Origin: a virus
Taxonomy: Duplodnaviria; Caudoviricetes
IMG/VR virus record: IMGVR_UViG_3300044782_000003
Coordinates: 1-27,461 of that record
Length of the DNA: 27,461 nt
Strand: one strand, 5' to 3'
Shown here: piece after piece, positions 24,909 to 27,461 of the stretch
How the letters are laid out: every line of letters begins with the position of its first letter
Position numbering within the stretch: position 1 is the first letter of the stretch
Notes under the pieces: model-generated
Told to the model about the DNA's origin: nothing
The model's database searches: none
The model's input: the letters and a program-made list of their open reading frames with translations, nothing else
Translations under genes and position numbers: made by a program

Positions 24909-25797
24909 ATTGCTTTATTGCGCCACGCCCGGAACCAATTGCACGCTTTAACATCTCCATGTAAATCATCTTCGGGTGATACCGTGTTCTGACTTCTTCA
25001 GACAGTCTTTGCGCGTAACGGTCAATCGTGGCGTCGTCTATATCTCTGGCGATATCGGCGGCTTCTTTCGGGTCTCGGTAGATCATGTAGCAATCTGATG
25101 GAAACCAGTTCCCGATGGGGGAACCTTCTGATTCCAACAGGGCGCATCCGGCCCACCCGGCTTCCAGAACTCGGCCCTTTATGTGGTTCCTGTGACCAGA
25201 GCCGGTCAGTGAAATATTCAATACCATCCGACAACGACGTAAGAAACGCGCATGGTCACGGTAAGTATCACCGCTTTGACGATGACGAACTTCAAGGCCA
25301 CCAAACCACTCCAAGGACTTCACGATTTCAGAACGGCCGTTCCACTTTCCAACGGACCCGGAAAAACCAAACCGGATATCCTTCTCTACCTTGATATCGA
25401 ATGGTCTGGTATCAACCGGCGTCAGCGTGGATAGATCGACCGGCGCGTCGGATGGTCCGTCTATCCCGACCTGTAAATCAAAGCACCGCATGCGAGTGTA
25501 AGTTGCCAGCACCGGATGCCAAGGTCTATCAGCGGAGTCTGAGCAGAAATTAATGGTTGGGGCGATACGCCTCAATTCCTGGTATGTCTCGGGACGCGGG
25601 TTGCCTAACCCCTTCATCGCGCCTATGTAGAAGATCACATCAGGTTTTGCCGCTCTGACGGCATCGATAATCACCTGATCGTTACGGATTCCTTCGTGAT
25701 TGAACGTCACTTGTTCTGCTGGGCCGAATGCGGATTCCCACGCCATGACGTGGTTGATGCAATCGCTGGTTGAGGTCGTGAGAAAAAGACCCTTCAC
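24874..25797 (-). CDS. GT-B glycosyltransferase (CgeB / Glyco_trans_1_2-like)
   Basis: KPDVIF, DI.FGFSGS...R, RMVLNIS..HIKGRVLEAGWAGCALLE, EVRTRYHP; GTG start overlapping the kinase stop. Confidence 0.7.
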   Translation of the reverse strand: MKGLFLTTSTSDCINHVMAWESAFGPAEQVTFNHEGIRNDQVIIDAVRAAKPDVIFYIGAMKGLGNPRPETYQELRRIAPTINFCSDSADRPWHPVLATYTRMRCFDLQVGIDGPSDAPVDLSTLTPVDTRPFDIKVEKDIRFGFSGSVGKWNGRSEIVKSLEWFGGLEVRHRQSGDTYRDHARFLRRCRMVLNISLTGSGHRNHIKGRVLEAGWAGCALLESEGSPIGNWFPSDCYMIYRDPKEAADIARDIDDATIDRYAQRLSEEVRTRYHPKMIYMEMLKRAIGSGRGAIKQYVDNSDSLTTA

Positions 25798-26768
25798 GAA
25801 ATCACAATCTGGCTTCCGCCGTTCTCAATCTTAAACGGGATATCGTGCAATCCGCCCATAGCCTCTCGTACCGAAGCATGGCGATCTTCTGGTACGTAGA
25901 ATAGAAAGAACCCGCCGCCACCGGCTCCCAGTATCTTGCCACCAATGGCCCCTGCTTCGCGGGCCGCTGTGTATAGGCCGTCTATTTCCTTATTGGACAC
26001 CTTGTCGGACAGTTCTCGTTTAAGCATCCACGTCTCGTCCAATAGTTTACCAACGTCATCCAGTCTTCCATTCGTCATGGCTTCGAGTGCTTGCGGGACG
26101 AGTCTTTGAATAGCCTTCAGCTCGAATTCTTTGCGATCGATGTTCGATACCTGGGCATCGGCGATCTCGGATGAATTGCGCTGTAGTCCGGTAAAGAACA
26201 GCATGAGTTTCCCTTCCAGAACCGCTTTGCGCTCAGGAGGTATAATCACGGGACGCAACGTGTATTCACCGTCTCGGTGTATCTCAATCAGGTTAAGCCC
26301 ACCATGGGAACATTCTATCTGGTCCTGAATGCCAACGGTTTCCTTCAGGACGACCTGCTCCACTTCAATAGCCTCACGGGCAAGCCGGTCTTTACTGACA
26401 TGCCTGCCTTGAAGGGCGTGCAGGGCGTGCAGCATCCCAACCGTGAAGGCAGAGGATGATCCAAGCCCAGACCTTGCCGGTAGGTCTCCTGCATGGTTTA
26501 TCTCGAATCCTTCATCGACACCCATGTACTGGAGACACCCACGAACGCCTGAATGCTCAATCTCTCTCAGAGAATTGACACGTTCCATCTTCGACCAGCA
26601 GGCGTTGTATTTGTATCCTAGAAATGCAGGCATGTAGCGGACTGACAGGTAGCAATACCTGTCGATGGTGCTGGTCAGCACCATACCGCCGTGCTCTTTA
26701 TACCAACGCGGATAGTCTGAACCACCGCCGAACAGAGAGCACCTATACGGAGTCCTCGTTATTATAAT
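25794..26768 (-). CDS. hddA: GHMP kinase, D-glycero-D-manno-heptose 7-phosphate kinase (HddA-like); non-canonical ATT start
   Basis: (I)IITRTPYRCSLFGGGSDYP..Y..HGG; DLPARSGLGSSSAFTVG; VGIQDQ; LFFTGLQR; GAIGGKILGAGGGGF. The conserved N-terminus extends 28 codons above the track's ATG (26684) to ATT 26768. Confidence 0.85.
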   Translation of the reverse strand: MIITRTPYRCSLFGGGSDYPRWYKEHGGMVLTSTIDRYCYLSVRYMPAFLGYKYNACWSKMERVNSLREIEHSGVRGCLQYMGVDEGFEINHAGDLPARSGLGSSSAFTVGMLHALHALQGRHVSKDRLAREAIEVEQVVLKETVGIQDQIECSHGGLNLIEIHRDGEYTLRPVIIPPERKAVLEGKLMLFFTGLQRNSSEIADAQVSNIDRKEFELKAIQRLVPQALEAMTNGRLDDVGKLLDETWMLKRELSDKVSNKEIDGLYTAAREAGAIGGKILGAGGGGFFLFYVPEDRHASVREAMGGLHDIPFKIENGGSQIVIS

Positions 26769-27160
26769 GACGCTCTCTCCCTTATGAATTCTCTAGAAGA
26801 CCTTAGTTTCCCACCACCAATACCGAATAATTCCGTGATCCTTAATCGTTCGCACGCAACATGTTCACGCGGGTCGGCTTGCGTTCTGTCACCGCCATTC
26901 GCAAAGTACGTCGGCATTATCTTTTCCATGGCTTCGCAAGCTGTACCATCGCTATCGTCGAATGGCACAACGTGGGCCACATGGCGAAAAGCCAAAAGTA
27001 CTTCGGCTCTCTCTGCCCACGGTACCTGTGGAGATCCTTGTTTGCGCGCCAACCACTCGTCTGAGTTGAGCGCCACAATCACGTCTCCAAACTCAGCCGC
27101 AGACTGGATCAGTCGAACATGTCCTATGTGTATTATTGAAAATCCACCGGACACCATCAC
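26762..27160 (-). CDS. Cytidylyltransferase-family nucleotidyltransferase (RfaE/HldE domain II or TagD-like)
   Basis: VSGGF..IHIGH (HxGH), VALNSDEWL.RK, ER.EVL, FANGGDR, GGGK..SS. Confidence 0.85.
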   Translation of the reverse strand: MMVSGGFSIIHIGHVRLIQSAAEFGDVIVALNSDEWLARKQGSPQVPWAERAEVLLAFRHVAHVVPFDDSDGTACEAMEKIMPTYFANGGDRTQADPREHVACERLRITELFGIGGGKLRSSREFIRERASL

Positions 27161-27461
27161 CGTTGTAATGGGGAACCTCGCTTTACCTTATCTCGCCAGT
27201 AGGTCAAAAGGTCTTTCATGGTTTGCTCGAACGGTATTACTGGTTCCCACCCGGTTCTTGCTTTGAACTTAGCGCAGTCTGGAACCTGTAGGTCCGCGTC
27301 TACCGGCCGCAGGCGGTCAGGATCAACCTCAATACATATCTTGTTTGTGGACATGGAAAGCAAGGTATTGAGGATGTCTCCTACTGTGCAAGTGTGCGAA
27401 CCGCCTATGTTGTACACCTCGCCAGGTGTTGGATTAACAGTCAGCAGCATGTGATACGCCC
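27157..27461 (-). CDS. NAD-dependent GDP-sugar 4,6-dehydratase/epimerase, C-terminal part (GMD/Rmd/WcbK-DmhA-like; partial)
   Basis: RAY.ML, GEVYNIGG, VDPDRLRPVDADLQVPD..KF...TGWEP.IPFEQTM.DLL.YWR; the frame is open to the window edge. Confidence 0.85.
   Translation of the reverse strand, partial: AYHMLLTVNPTPGEVYNIGGSHTCTVGDILNTLLSMSTNKICIEVDPDRLRPVDADLQVPDCAKFKARTGWEPVIPFEQTMKDLLTYWRDKVKRGSPLQR

Noticed and set aside
6559-27461. Numerous + strand ORFs (e.g. 14944-15558, 16096-16854, 26784-27266)
   Set aside because: Antisense shadows of well-supported, tightly coupled - strand genes; no motifs or RBS.

Overview
Fragment of a tailed (podovirus-type, T7/epsilon15-like tail gene order) phage or prophage, probably of a Gram-negative host that uses CsrA and sigma54. 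Two arms converge at ~6.5 kb. The + arm (1-6494) holds early/accessory genes: a putative ssDNA-annealing recombinase, a YqaJ/lambda-type exonuclease, a csrA homolog, HNH proteins, a MazG-like protein and small ORFs. The - arm (27461-6559) is the late operon: a nucleotide-sugar/heptose and glycosyltransferase cluster, tail tubular proteins A and B, an HNH homing endonuclease, a GNAT protein, four internal (ejection) virion proteins, tail-fibre-type genes and a lysis cassette with an Amidase_3 endolysin. The best novel-system candidate is an AT-rich module at 5340-6494. It encodes an HNH-like Zn domain fused to a PilR/NtrC-type Fis HTH with no AAA+ domain. The gene is flanked by three GTGAC-N7-GTCAY palindromes: two overlap a sigma70-like promoter, and one sits at enhancer distance from a consensus sigma54 promoter that precedes three tiny ORFs. 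Other highlights are a heptose/glycosylation cluster inside the morphogenesis operon, an ADP-ribosyltransferase-like domain in an ejection protein, a CBM-like insert in the tail nozzle, a possible inverted one-component spanin, an ATT-start kinase, and a duplicated csrA 3' end flanking an inserted gene. All family assignments come from motif recognition by eye; no database searches were run.
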